Assembly: GCA_963666275.2 (NCBI GenBank)
Contig: CAXXOA010000002.1
Span: 1,152,001-1,216,000, forward strand
DNA from: Oceanispirochaeta sp.
GTDB lineage: Bacteria; Spirochaetota; Spirochaetia; DSM-2461
Length of the DNA stretch: 64,000 nt
Reading direction: 5' to 3'
Under the pieces are notes generated by a model, which worked only from the letters and a program-made list of their open reading frames with translations, had not been told where the DNA came from and made no database searches. Position 1 is the stretch's first letter, and the number at the start of each line of letters is the position of its first letter. Of this stretch, positions 10,448 through 19,516 are shown one piece after another. The position numbers and the translations under genes are program-made.

Positions 10448-13023
10448 TGAATCTTAATCCTGTATAGGCCCGATGGTGTGCCGAAAATAACACCATCGCT
10501 GACAGGAACTAATTCAAAATCCGCCTTTTCCAGGTACTCCCGAACCCTGGGGTCTTCGATCATGGCATACAGGTTCCAGTCCTTCCAGGTTTTGCCTCCG
10601 TCATGACTCAGATGCAGGAGCACCGTATTGTTATGTATATTATGTATGGTGGGATTATACTCCCAGATCGCCATATTGTTACCGGACACGGCAAATGTGG
10701 GATGATCCATGAACACCCTGACAGGAACGCCTATGGATTCCCAGGGATTAGTCTCACCATAGGCCATTGTATTCCTTCTGTAGGGATAGAAGAGGAATCC
10801 GTTGGAACTTCTCTGTGAGTATATGGCGTATACATAATCACCTGTAGAGGCAAACCTGCTGGAGTGGGGAGTGAAAGACAGTTCCGCTTCATTTTTGCGG
10901 TTATTATCTTCCCTGATATATTCCCAGTTCTTAACGGTGCTGTCAGCGGCGTAGTAGGAGCGGTAATCTTTATTAATCATTATCGTGTCTCTGAAAAACT
11001 GCAGATTCCCGACCTGCATGGCTGAAAAGGGCAGGTTGTCCACTTCAGAAAAGGTACGGCCCAAATCCTCACTCAGATAGATTTTATCATTGACTCTCAG
11101 GACGATACGGTCGCCCCGAATATCAATGTTATGATCGGGTATAAACCGGCGGTTAAACTGAACAAACAGCCGGTTCAGCAGATCCAGGTATTTCCCGGCT
11201 TCTCCGTCATCCTGAAAATTGCCGTCCGAATTGTGTGCCGCAAAGATCAGATCCTCTATAACAGGGATGTCCCCCGGTTCAAGCCCTGTCTGTGAACTGG
11301 TGCCGTTCATAAAATGGAACGGAGCTTCCTGCCAGGTTTTTCCCCTGTCTGTGGATATTTCCAGGTGGCGGCGATTGTCCGACTCTATATCCAGACCGGT
11401 CCACTCTTCATCGTAGCGCTGCCAGGTATTCCCTCCGTCCAGGCTCCTTTCCCAGGGATAGTTCCTGTCCAGGGGAGCCGGCCGGTACAGGATTGTTCTG
11501 TCATGCCTGTCCTGTATCTCCCGTTCCACTGGCATGTAGGCTATCAGCTGGGTCCGGCCGTCGGGATCAGAGCTTTTCATATGTTTGAAATAATCAAGAT
11601 CATTTTCAACATTATATGTTTTGTGCTCCCATGTGTCTCCACCGTCATGGCTGACGCTGATATATGCCAGTCTCTCTCTGTACTCTTCTATATCGTGAAC
11701 GCCCCAAATATTTCCCAGAGCCGGCCGGGACCTTTGCAATTTCAGAACAATCTCATCTCCAGCCAGGCGGCTTACCTCCCAGGGATGCCATCCTGCGGGA
11801 AAATCGGTCCCGTTATCGATAGCTCTGAATGTTTCACCCCTGTCCCGGGACAGAAATAAACCTGCTGTTCCGCCCACAATAAGGGTGTCCCTATTTCTAA
11901 CGGCAACCCGGATGTCGCCCTTGAGGCCATGGGTCCCCTGGCTGATAATCTGCCACTCTTCGTTACCGGGATTATAGAGAGCGGCAGACGTATAATCGTC
12001 TGCAAAAAAGGAGATATAGTCTCCTGAATAGTACTGGTATCTGCCTTTGACGGGGGGAGTGATAAGGGCGGGAGCTTCTCTACCGGAAGGATTCCAGATG
12101 GCTGCCCTTTCTTTTCCATCAAATAGTATTTTGCCTTCAAATAAAGCCTTGGCTCTGAATTCTCCGTCCATTCCGAATGGGATTTTCCCAAAGGCCGTAT
12201 TCTCATCCCTGGTATGAAACAGCCATGTTTTTCCCCGGTCCGAACTATAGGCGTCGATGGCTCCGGTAATGAGGATCTGTTCGCCTTCAATATAGATATG
12301 ATCTGTCACCATCATGGCGTACTGGTCAAAGCGGTAGGAGCCGTCGGGGCGTTTCGTGTTCGGCAGCAGGGTATGAGTCCAGGTTTTTCCCCGGTCCCGG
12401 GAGAGTGCTATATACTGATCAAAGGTTGTTATCAGCAGGTCTCCGTCAGAGCCGTAACCCATAAAGTTCGGCTGGCTGTCCATTTTATACAGAACCGGCA
12501 GGGGTCGGGCATCTACTTCAAATATCTTTTCAAAAAGCCACTCTTGTTTGGGCTCCGGTTCCTTTTCGGGGAGACTTCTCAGCCCCGCCTCCACCAGATT
12601 TACAGCAAATCCGCACTCCCTGCCGAAGTGACCGTCTGCGGTTTCATAGAGCGCCCCGCCGGAGAACATATTATTCCTATCGGTCCTGTAGCTTCCCTGC
12701 AGTTTCACCCAGCCCTTCAGGACGCCGTCCATATTCAGATAGACTTCTTTTTCGCCGGCTTTGTAATTCAGGCTGTTGTTGCTGTTCAGGTCCTGTTCGG
12801 GGATATACATTTTTGCTCCGGGGTATCTTTCAGATCCCAGAACAATCCAGGTCTGCCGTTTGCCCCCCACCGACGTCTTTTCAATTTCCATGGTATTAAA
12901 AGTTATGCGGGAAGGGATTTCCTCTCGGGAGCGGATTCTTGTACCAGATGACTTTGTACCATTGGAGGTACAGGAAAGGAACAAGAGAATAAGAGTAAGA
13001 ATCAGATATCTGGTACGTTTCAT
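10444..13023 (-). CDS. BNR/Asp-box repeat (sialidase-like beta-propeller) lipoprotein
   Basis: Eight S-x-D-x-G-x-T-W/F boxes; MKRTRYLILTLILLFLSC lipoprotein signal with GGAG RBS. Confidence 0.8.
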   Translation of the reverse strand: MKRTRYLILTLILLFLSCTSNGTKSSGTRIRSREEIPSRITFNTMEIEKTSVGGKRQTWIVLGSERYPGAKMYIPEQDLNSNNSLNYKAGEKEVYLNMDGVLKGWVKLQGSYRTDRNNMFSGGALYETADGHFGRECGFAVNLVEAGLRSLPEKEPEPKQEWLFEKIFEVDARPLPVLYKMDSQPNFMGYGSDGDLLITTFDQYIALSRDRGKTWTHTLLPNTKRPDGSYRFDQYAMMVTDHIYIEGEQILITGAIDAYSSDRGKTWLFHTRDENTAFGKIPFGMDGEFRAKALFEGKILFDGKERAAIWNPSGREAPALITPPVKGRYQYYSGDYISFFADDYTSAALYNPGNEEWQIISQGTHGLKGDIRVAVRNRDTLIVGGTAGLFLSRDRGETFRAIDNGTDFPAGWHPWEVSRLAGDEIVLKLQRSRPALGNIWGVHDIEEYRERLAYISVSHDGGDTWEHKTYNVENDLDYFKHMKSSDPDGRTQLIAYMPVEREIQDRHDRTILYRPAPLDRNYPWERSLDGGNTWQRYDEEWTGLDIESDNRRHLEISTDRGKTWQEAPFHFMNGTSSQTGLEPGDIPVIEDLIFAAHNSDGNFQDDGEAGKYLDLLNRLFVQFNRRFIPDHNIDIRGDRIVLRVNDKIYLSEDLGRTFSEVDNLPFSAMQVGNLQFFRDTIMINKDYRSYYAADSTVKNWEYIREDNNRKNEAELSFTPHSSRFASTGDYVYAIYSQRSSNGFLFYPYRRNTMAYGETNPWESIGVPVRVFMDHPTFAVSGNNMAIWEYNPTIHNIHNNTVLLHLSHDGGKTWKDWNLYAMIEDPRVREYLEKADFELVPVSDGVIFGTPSGLYRIKIQ

Positions 13024-13074
13024 ACTATCTCCATTTGAATAAGGGGATTCCACATAACGGATTATTTTTCTAGC

Positions 13075-13104
13075 CTGGAGGTTAAAAGCCTCCGGCTACC
13101 CGAT
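13075..13104 (+). mobile_element. 30-bp 3' remnant (domain VI) of the group II intron
   Basis: ctggaggttaaaagcctccggctacccgat, identical to 26011-26040. Confidence 0.85.
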
Positions 13105-14193
13105 AAAAATGGAATTCTTTAGCGTTTCCAATAATTCTACATTGATATATATTTTTTCTCTTCCAATTTTGTATTCACTTAAAATACCAATATCTTGTAA
13201 TTGACTTAAATACCTTGAAGCTGCCTTTCTTTCTACTCCAAGAACTTTTGTTAAAAACTCTATTTTACAATATGGGTGTACAAATAATTCTTCGATCAGT
13301 TCTTTTGAATAAATCTTGGGTAATTCATTTCTGACTCTTTCGATTGTTTTATCTAATAATTCTTTTATCTTAAGAACTTTATTTATAGTTTCTTTAGCGA
13401 CTATTTCTATACCTTTCAGAATATAGATTATCCATTCTTCCCAATTTTCATTACTTGTAACACTGCGAAGTAATCTGTAATATTCTGCTTTATTCTTTAT
13501 GATATATGAGCTTAGATATAAAATTGGTATATCAAGATAATTTTTTAGTATCAGATATAAGATATTAATAATTCTACCCGTTCTTCCATTTCCGTCATAA
13601 AATGGATGAATTGATTCAAATTGATAATGAATTATCGCCATTTTTGCTAATGAATCATCAGCATCATTTAAATACTCAACGGTGTTACTAAATAGCTTAT
13701 TTATGACACCTTCACTTTGGGGAGGAGTATATACAACTTCTCCCGTTTTATCATTTACCAATGAATTTCCTGGTGTTTTTCTGATTCCGGCATCATTTTT
13801 TTGTAATTCGATCTGTATTTCAATAATATCATTAACAGAAAGAAATCCTTTTTCAACTATTTTATTAAAGCCCGAATATAGTGCTTCTCTATAATATATT
13901 ACTTCTTTAGTAGCAGAATCATATTTTTTCTGGTTTCCACTTATCGCTTTATATAGATCATCTTGTGTTGTTATTATATTTTCAATTTCCGAGCTATCTT
14001 TTGCTTCCTGGAGAATTATTGCATTAATTAAAATTGATTGATTGGGGATTATATTAGCAATACCTTTTAATTCTGCTATTGCTGACCGTGCTTTATTTTC
14101 TTGTTTTAATATTTTTATCGTTTCTATTTTGTTTGTGTCAGGCGGAAGTAGAGGGAGGTCATTATATGGCTTCGTTGGTATGAAATTTCTCAT
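13096..14193 (-). CDS. Fic/DOC-family AMPylase (class II-like, N-terminal inhibitory motif)
   Basis: HPFYDGNGRTGR catalytic motif; SSEIEN inhibitory motif; PYNDLPLLPP N-terminus; start probably 14193 or 14202. Confidence 0.9.
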   Translation of the reverse strand: MRNFIPTKPYNDLPLLPPDTNKIETIKILKQENKARSAIAELKGIANIIPNQSILINAIILQEAKDSSEIENIITTQDDLYKAISGNQKKYDSATKEVIYYREALYSGFNKIVEKGFLSVNDIIEIQIELQKNDAGIRKTPGNSLVNDKTGEVVYTPPQSEGVINKLFSNTVEYLNDADDSLAKMAIIHYQFESIHPFYDGNGRTGRIINILYLILKNYLDIPILYLSSYIIKNKAEYYRLLRSVTSNENWEEWIIYILKGIEIVAKETINKVLKIKELLDKTIERVRNELPKIYSKELIEELFVHPYCKIEFLTKVLGVERKAASRYLSQLQDIGILSEYKIGREKIYINVELLETLKNSIFIG

Positions 14194-14313
14194 ATGTCCC
14201 ATTATCGCATTATTTGGTACGCAATTCAATATTGTGTACCATTTATTTAATTTTTGGTACACATCTAAACTATATGTCCTTATTTTTAAGAAAATATCCC
14301 ATTTCCATTTTCC

Positions 14314-14478
14314 ATTTAACACCAAAATATGCTGCGCAGCGGCCTGGCTTGCCAGGTATAGGCGCTTTTCTTGCCCCTTTATTCTAAACAACTATTTCTT
14401 ATTTGGGAATTATTTATGGTTAACAGAAGATTTTCTGGTATGAAATATGACAATGGGAAAGACTGATGCATTAGCTTG
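14314..14478 (-). repeat. Long attC site (interrupted; its R'' end lies at 14912-14917)
   Basis: R' GTTAAAT at 14320-14314; internal blocks ggcctggc, caggtat, ttcttgcc, atgacaat and tgcat colinear with the attC at 17806-17979; ends in ...tgcattagcttg like the intron 5' exon ...tgcaaatccttg. Confidence 0.7.
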
Positions 14479-14640
14479 ATACTTATTAAGGGCTCCCCGG
14501 AGAATGATAAAATATAAGAGTCATTTACCATCAAGGAGGTGTCCTATGACATTCTATACTAAGCAGCATAAGTATTACTGCGGAATAGATCTCCATACCA
14601 AAGTGATGTATCTCTGTATTATGGACCAAACAGGTGAAAT
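14479..14640 (+). pseudogene. IS110/IS1111-family element left end and transposase 5' fragment
   Basis: RBS AGGAGGT, ATG 14546: MTFYTKQHKYYCGIDLHTKVMYLCIMDQTGEIL, matching the N-terminal GID motif of DEDD transposases; truncated. Confidence 0.75.
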
Positions 14641-14911
14641 ACTGGGAATTCCGAAAGATTTTGCCATTATCACCGGTGCCAGTTGTAAATCCTATTGGCA
14701 TCTCTCCAAGTCTTACGCTACCAATGCAGCTATGTCCAATAAATGGCTGGAAGAGCAGGGATTGGTCAATATCAAATATCTGTGGTGTAAAGCCCAGGGA
14801 TATATCTGATCAAATCAGGATTTCGTTTGCTCCATGGAGTGAACCGCCCCGTGCGGACCCGCATGCGGGGTGGTGTGGGGGCTGGAGGTTTAAAGCCTCC
14901 GGCTACCCGAT
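14641..14911 (+). mobile_element. 271-bp 3' fragment of the group II intron (maturase C-terminus plus domains V-VI)
   Basis: Matches 25770-26040 with two visible substitutions. Confidence 0.93.
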
Positions 14912-14918
14912 TTATGTT

Positions 14919-16016
14919 TCATTCATTATCCAGCAAAGCATTCAATAATGAGAAGTTAAGTTGCACTGCTTTTGAATCAATGCTTAAATAATTATTTATA
15001 TTGGCCCAAACGTTATCTAAATTGTTCAAATCTGTATCCGTAAATGTGATGTAATTTATGTTATATTTTGACCAATACTTTTTATGTTTAATCATTTCCT
15101 TTTCATATTGTAGGTAAGCATCTTTTTCAAGTTCTGTTAAATTCTTATTTTTTCCTTTTAGTTTCATATGTGTTGATGATGGTGAGATTTCAAAACCAAT
15201 TTTATCCATACTCCATGGATTAATTATAAGAAAATCTAATCTATATTTATGCTTTTTCTTAAATGGATCATATCTTAGTTCGGGAATTAACACTGGAATT
15301 GATTCTGGAGTACCATGATTTTTTACATAATCTATATATTTTGAGTAAATTGATATTTGATATTTTGATCCAGTTCTTCTTACAAGATCATACAGAAATT
15401 GCAAAAGGTCGACCAATGTAGAAAATGTTCTCTGATCATTTTGATTCATATAACAAAATCCTGTTTCCAATGCATGACCAAGAGTCCAGTATGGTTGCTT
15501 GAAATGTCTTATTTCGGATTTATCATTTTCCCAAGAATCATCTACAAATCGAGGAGAAATCAAAAAGCCAAACTCATCAGAATTATTTCCAAACCAATAT
15601 TCGCTTTCTTTTATAGTTGGTTTTACTTTATAATGTTCATCATAATGTTTAAGAAATGAACACTCCAAGAAATTCGATAAGTATTTCTTGAAATAGGGAA
15701 ACTTTTCACCAGAAATGATATCATAGAGGACTTTATGGGGAAAAATTAAGTCTGAATCTAGTGTATTTAGTTTTTCAGTGAGGCCTTCTATCCATAAGTT
15801 CATATATTCTGTAGGTGACTTTATAACTTCATGTTTTTGGTCAATGTATACACCAGCTTTAGAACCAATGTATGCATTCAAGGATTTCTCATTATCCATA
15901 TATGAAAACAATTTATTGGTCTCTATAAGAACAAAAGGTAGTAAATCTCTTCTTTGCTCTTTTAATTTTTTGATTCTTTTATTTCTTGCTGTTTTATTTG
16001 GATCTCTTTTTCCCAT
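14919..16016 (-). CDS. Hypothetical protein with C-terminal Vsr/DUF559-like (PD-(D/E)xK) nuclease motif
   Basis: IPELRY...YRLDFLII...GFEISPSSTH...YITFTD pattern; cassette gene ending just before R''. Confidence 0.55.
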   Translation of the reverse strand: MGKRDPNKTARNKRIKKLKEQRRDLLPFVLIETNKLFSYMDNEKSLNAYIGSKAGVYIDQKHEVIKSPTEYMNLWIEGLTEKLNTLDSDLIFPHKVLYDIISGEKFPYFKKYLSNFLECSFLKHYDEHYKVKPTIKESEYWFGNNSDEFGFLISPRFVDDSWENDKSEIRHFKQPYWTLGHALETGFCYMNQNDQRTFSTLVDLLQFLYDLVRRTGSKYQISIYSKYIDYVKNHGTPESIPVLIPELRYDPFKKKHKYRLDFLIINPWSMDKIGFEISPSSTHMKLKGKNKNLTELEKDAYLQYEKEMIKHKKYWSKYNINYITFTDTDLNNLDNVWANINNYLSIDSKAVQLNFSLLNALLDNE

Positions 16017-16048
16017 TTAGTTAGCTTCCTATATATATAATATACTTT

Positions 16049-17788
16049 TTAGTTATCAATGATTTCTGATATATACTTAATGATCGGTACTTCAAGAATT
16101 TCCTTTCCTTCAAGATTTGGTTGTAGAATTGTTTTCCAGTAGATGTTTGCATTATATGGCTTACCATGACTGGTTGATTCTGAAAATCTCAATTCTTCAC
16201 TAATATTTTCACTCATATGGGCAGGTTCAAATGTAGTATCATGAATTCTAAACAATCCTGCATTTGGAACATCTTTTGTCTTATCTAATTCAAATTGTTT
16301 GGAAATTGAACCTTGGATATTAGTATTGAAGGTCGGGTTCATTCTATCATCAAAATCAATAATTGATGTTCCATCTGTATCACAAATGACGTTATATTTT
16401 ATTGAGAATTGTGAAAATATTTTTTGATAAAAAGGTATATTTGTTACTGATCCACAGTTTAAGACAAATAAATCCTTTGCAGGATTCTTTTCTTGTAAAA
16501 AAGCTCTGATTATTATTTCTTCTGTAGGACCTTCAATGAGTATAACTTCATCAGCATAAAATGATTCGCATATATGTGGATTGAATCTTAGGATTTCATA
16601 CATTTCTTGTTTTAGCTCATAATCAGTTTTTATATCCTTAGCTTTTTTGAGAAATTTGTCATTAATCTGATAAACTTTCGTATTCTCATTTTCTTTAGAT
16701 AGACGAATGATAGATGATTTGGGTTGTGAAATATCAATCATTTGTGGAGAATGTGATGCACATAGAACTTGATATGGTAATTCATCTTTACTAACTTGAT
16801 AAATTAGATCTCTAAGTTCTTTTAGAATCCTTGGATAAAGAAACAATTCAGGTTCTTCGAATAAAACCATGTAGTCTTTTCTTCCAGGACTTCTTACAAA
16901 TTCCTCAGCAATGTCTCTCATCAGTAGTAGTGTAAAAATAGCAGCTCTTATAGTTCCATGGCCAATGGAAGAGATTGAAGTTGGCACATTAACATCAATT
17001 TCACCAGAATCACTTATTCTATTAAACTCTATATCAAATTCTTTACCTAACTTATTCTCAGTCCACATTACTCTAGATTTCTTATCAATTATGGAGAGAC
17101 TAGTTTCTGGAAAAAGCTTTTTGAAGTAACTGTTTATTGATTCTTGATAAGTATTAATCGTTTCAGGTTTGTACATTTTATCCTGTAGTTCAGCAATTTT
17201 TTCTCTAGCTGCTTTTAATTCAGCTAATTCAGACAACTTAAGTTTACTTTCCGCAATTGATTTCAAAATTTCATTTAATATACTTTTTACTTCTTCTTCA
17301 TTTGGCATTGCCTTTATAAAGATAGGTTTGGGCATACATGATTGAAATACCCTATGTAATCCTATCGAAGCATAACCAATATCAGCCCAATCATTTGCTG
17401 CGGGTTCCCAAGTAATAGCTTTTTTTGTAATTTTTTTATCTTTTTGAAATATTGATTTAATACGTAAGGAGTTTCCATTGATAAGATACTTTTTAAAACT
17501 CTCTTTCTGCTTCGGTGCCGCTTCTTGAATTTTTGCAATATCAATATCTTCTAATAAAACCTCAATTTCAAACTGCATTATGAGGTTATCATTCCTTTTG
17601 AAATAATCATCTTTATTTGGCGTACAGTCATTGTAAAAAAATTGATACGCTTGGAGAAATGTTGATTTGCCAGCATTATTCTGACCAAATATAAATAAAG
17701 TGTTTGTATCTTCAAAAATAATTCTATTGTTTTCTAAACCACCAGAAATTCCTCTAAAATTATCTATTGCAAAATAACTAATCTTCAT
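16049..17788 (-). CDS. OLD-family ATP-dependent nuclease (ABC ATPase plus TOPRIM)
   Basis: MKISYFAIDNFRGI, Walker A GQNNAGKST, Walker B LFEEPELFLYP, SHSP, TOPRIM ILIEGPTE and DTD; RBS AAAGGAG before ATG 17788. Confidence 0.88.
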   Translation of the reverse strand: MKISYFAIDNFRGISGGLENNRIIFEDTNTLFIFGQNNAGKSTFLQAYQFFYNDCTPNKDDYFKRNDNLIMQFEIEVLLEDIDIAKIQEAAPKQKESFKKYLINGNSLRIKSIFQKDKKITKKAITWEPAANDWADIGYASIGLHRVFQSCMPKPIFIKAMPNEEEVKSILNEILKSIAESKLKLSELAELKAAREKIAELQDKMYKPETINTYQESINSYFKKLFPETSLSIIDKKSRVMWTENKLGKEFDIEFNRISDSGEIDVNVPTSISSIGHGTIRAAIFTLLLMRDIAEEFVRSPGRKDYMVLFEEPELFLYPRILKELRDLIYQVSKDELPYQVLCASHSPQMIDISQPKSSIIRLSKENENTKVYQINDKFLKKAKDIKTDYELKQEMYEILRFNPHICESFYADEVILIEGPTEEIIIRAFLQEKNPAKDLFVLNCGSVTNIPFYQKIFSQFSIKYNVICDTDGTSIIDFDDRMNPTFNTNIQGSISKQFELDKTKDVPNAGLFRIHDTTFEPAHMSENISEELRFSESTSHGKPYNANIYWKTILQPNLEGKEILEVPIIKYISEIIDN

Positions 17789-17805
17789 TATTTCTCCTTT
17801 TGTAA

Positions 17806-17979
17806 ACATAACTATCTGATCACCTGCACCCCGGCCTGGCCGCAGGACAGGTATTGGCGTTCTTCTTGCCAACATGGTAAAACATCTCTACTATATTGAG
17901 AAGCGATTATTTACTATTGGGTTGGAATATCTGCAAGAAGCATGACAATAGGGGAGACAGGTGCATCAGCATGTTATGT
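17806..17979 (-). repeat. Intact long attC site (174 bp)
   Basis: Minus strand ACATAAC-atg-CTGATGCACCTG ... CAGGTGATCAG-ata-GTTATGT; arms complementary with one extra base on the R'' side. Confidence 0.85.
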
Positions 17980-18075
17980 GAGCGTCCTTGCAGCAGTTTT
18001 GCCCCGAGCGACGTATCACTTTCTAATGTTAATAATCAGATTTCTCTCAGCAATTGCTATAAGTTGGGTATAAGT

Positions 18076-18525
18076 TTGAAGATTAAAAATATCATCACAA
18101 TTGTTACGGTATTAATATTACTCTCGATTTTTGGATATAAAGAAATTCAGAAGAAAATTGCTCTAAAGTATATACAGACAAGATCTTTCCAAGTAAGCAC
18201 AATTAGTGATCTATCTGGGAATTTTAAAAGAATAGATAATGATTACTTTTCGGATTGGATAAATTTTATACTGAAGGAATCAGAAATAAGTGAAGATGCT
18301 CCTGAGAAAGGAGAATTGCATCCTTTTGTAATAGTTCATTTCACCACGAATGATAAATACTCTGTTTTTGTAAAAGTCGATACTAAACGAGATAAAGTTT
18401 ACTCACACATTTATAAATCCAGAGGTGCACCTGTCTTGAATCTAGTATATTCGGAACAAAACGAGGAACATACATATGAAATGTGGAGTCAAATGATTAA
18501 TGAGATTCGAAATTTTGATAATTAA
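18076..18525 (+). CDS. Hypothetical membrane-anchored protein, antisense to the array
   Basis: Open frame with an N-terminal TM segment after a likely TTG start at 18076; the track start (17896) overlaps the attC. Confidence 0.55.
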   Translation: MKIKNIITIVTVLILLSIFGYKEIQKKIALKYIQTRSFQVSTISDLSGNFKRIDNDYFSDWINFILKESEISEDAPEKGELHPFVIVHFTTNDKYSVFVKVDTKRDKVYSHIYKSRGAPVLNLVYSEQNEEHTYEMWSQMINEIRNFDN

Positions 18526-18792
18526 ATTATGCTGCCAATAATGTCCGTTCTGTCTATTCATAGATTCTATGATGAGCTACTGTTAACTTAACTTTTTCAG
18601 CCAAGGGGTTATTCAATGGTGACAGAATATGACATTTCTAATATTCTACCTAGACTCACAGGGGCATTAAAAAAGATTTATGATAAAGTAAATCAAGCAT
18701 TAATAGCTGCCAAGTTCTCATAATATCTATTCTTTTTAGTGGAGATAAAGTAACCGTCAATTTCTTATGCCCTACGATGTAATCTGAATTCC

Positions 18793-19131
18793 ATGCACAA
18801 TTTCTACAAGGAGATTTACTGCATGGAAAAAAAAGACATTTGGAAACGAAAAATCAATGAATGGGAGAAGAGCAGTTTAAACCGAACAGAGTTCTGCCTG
18901 AAGAATAGCATCCCCGTTTCAACCTTCGACTATTGGAGAATGAAAATCCGCAAGGAATCAGCAGTAGAGAAGGAAAAAGGGCTTGTGAGGATTCCAGTAG
19001 TTTTGAAGGCGTCTACAGGAAGCCCATTTTCAATCGAATACCCCTCCGGGCATAAGATCAATATTCCATCAGATTACGATTCTCATTCGCTGATTCGTCT
19101 TGTCGCCGATTTAAAAGAGATCCTAAAATGA
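18793..19131 (+). CDS. tnpA: IS66 accessory protein TnpA
   Basis: W..SSL...EFC....I..STFDYWR HTH pattern; first ORF of the IS66. Confidence 0.85.
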   Translation: MHNFYKEIYCMEKKDIWKRKINEWEKSSLNRTEFCLKNSIPVSTFDYWRMKIRKESAVEKEKGLVRIPVVLKASTGSPFSIEYPSGHKINIPSDYDSHSLIRLVADLKEILK

Positions 19132-19475
19132 TTCCGGATTTTACCAGCATTCAAATCTACGTCAGACCTGGTATCACCGATATGCGGAAACAGGTCAATG
19201 GTTTATCCATTATCACCCAGGAGGAAATGGAACTTAACCCTGGTTCCGGTTGCCTTTTCCTCTTTTGCAGCCGGGACCGCAAGCTGATAAAGTGCATTTA
19301 CTGGGATCGCAACGGATTCTGTCTCTGGCAGAAGCGCCTGGAAAAAGGAAAATACCCCTGGCCGGATTCAGAAGAGCAAGCCAGGCAGATATCCCAGGAA
19401 CAGTTGAAAATGCTCCTGGAAGGTATTGACTTCTGGCATACTCATCAAACTCTCAGTTATGAAGAGATTGTCTAA
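19128..19475 (+). CDS. tnpB: IS66 accessory protein TnpB
   Basis: TDMRKQVNGL, LFLFC, WDRNGFCLWQKRLEKG. Confidence 0.92.
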   Translation: MIPDFTSIQIYVRPGITDMRKQVNGLSIITQEEMELNPGSGCLFLFCSRDRKLIKCIYWDRNGFCLWQKRLEKGKYPWPDSEEQARQISQEQLKMLLEGIDFWHTHQTLSYEEIV

Positions 19476-19516
19476 ACCATCTTCCCAATGGAATTCAAAC
19501 ATGTTAGAATTTTCTC

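Noticed and set aside
14504..14809. 101-aa ORF as a genuine novel gene
   Set aside because: It is a chimera of an IS110 transposase start and the intron maturase tail.
17789..17875. N-terminal extensions of the OLD gene (and of Fic to 14391, GPx to 45762, typA from 31727)
   Set aside because: They run through attC or promoter sequence; downstream starts fit the RBS or family N-termini better.
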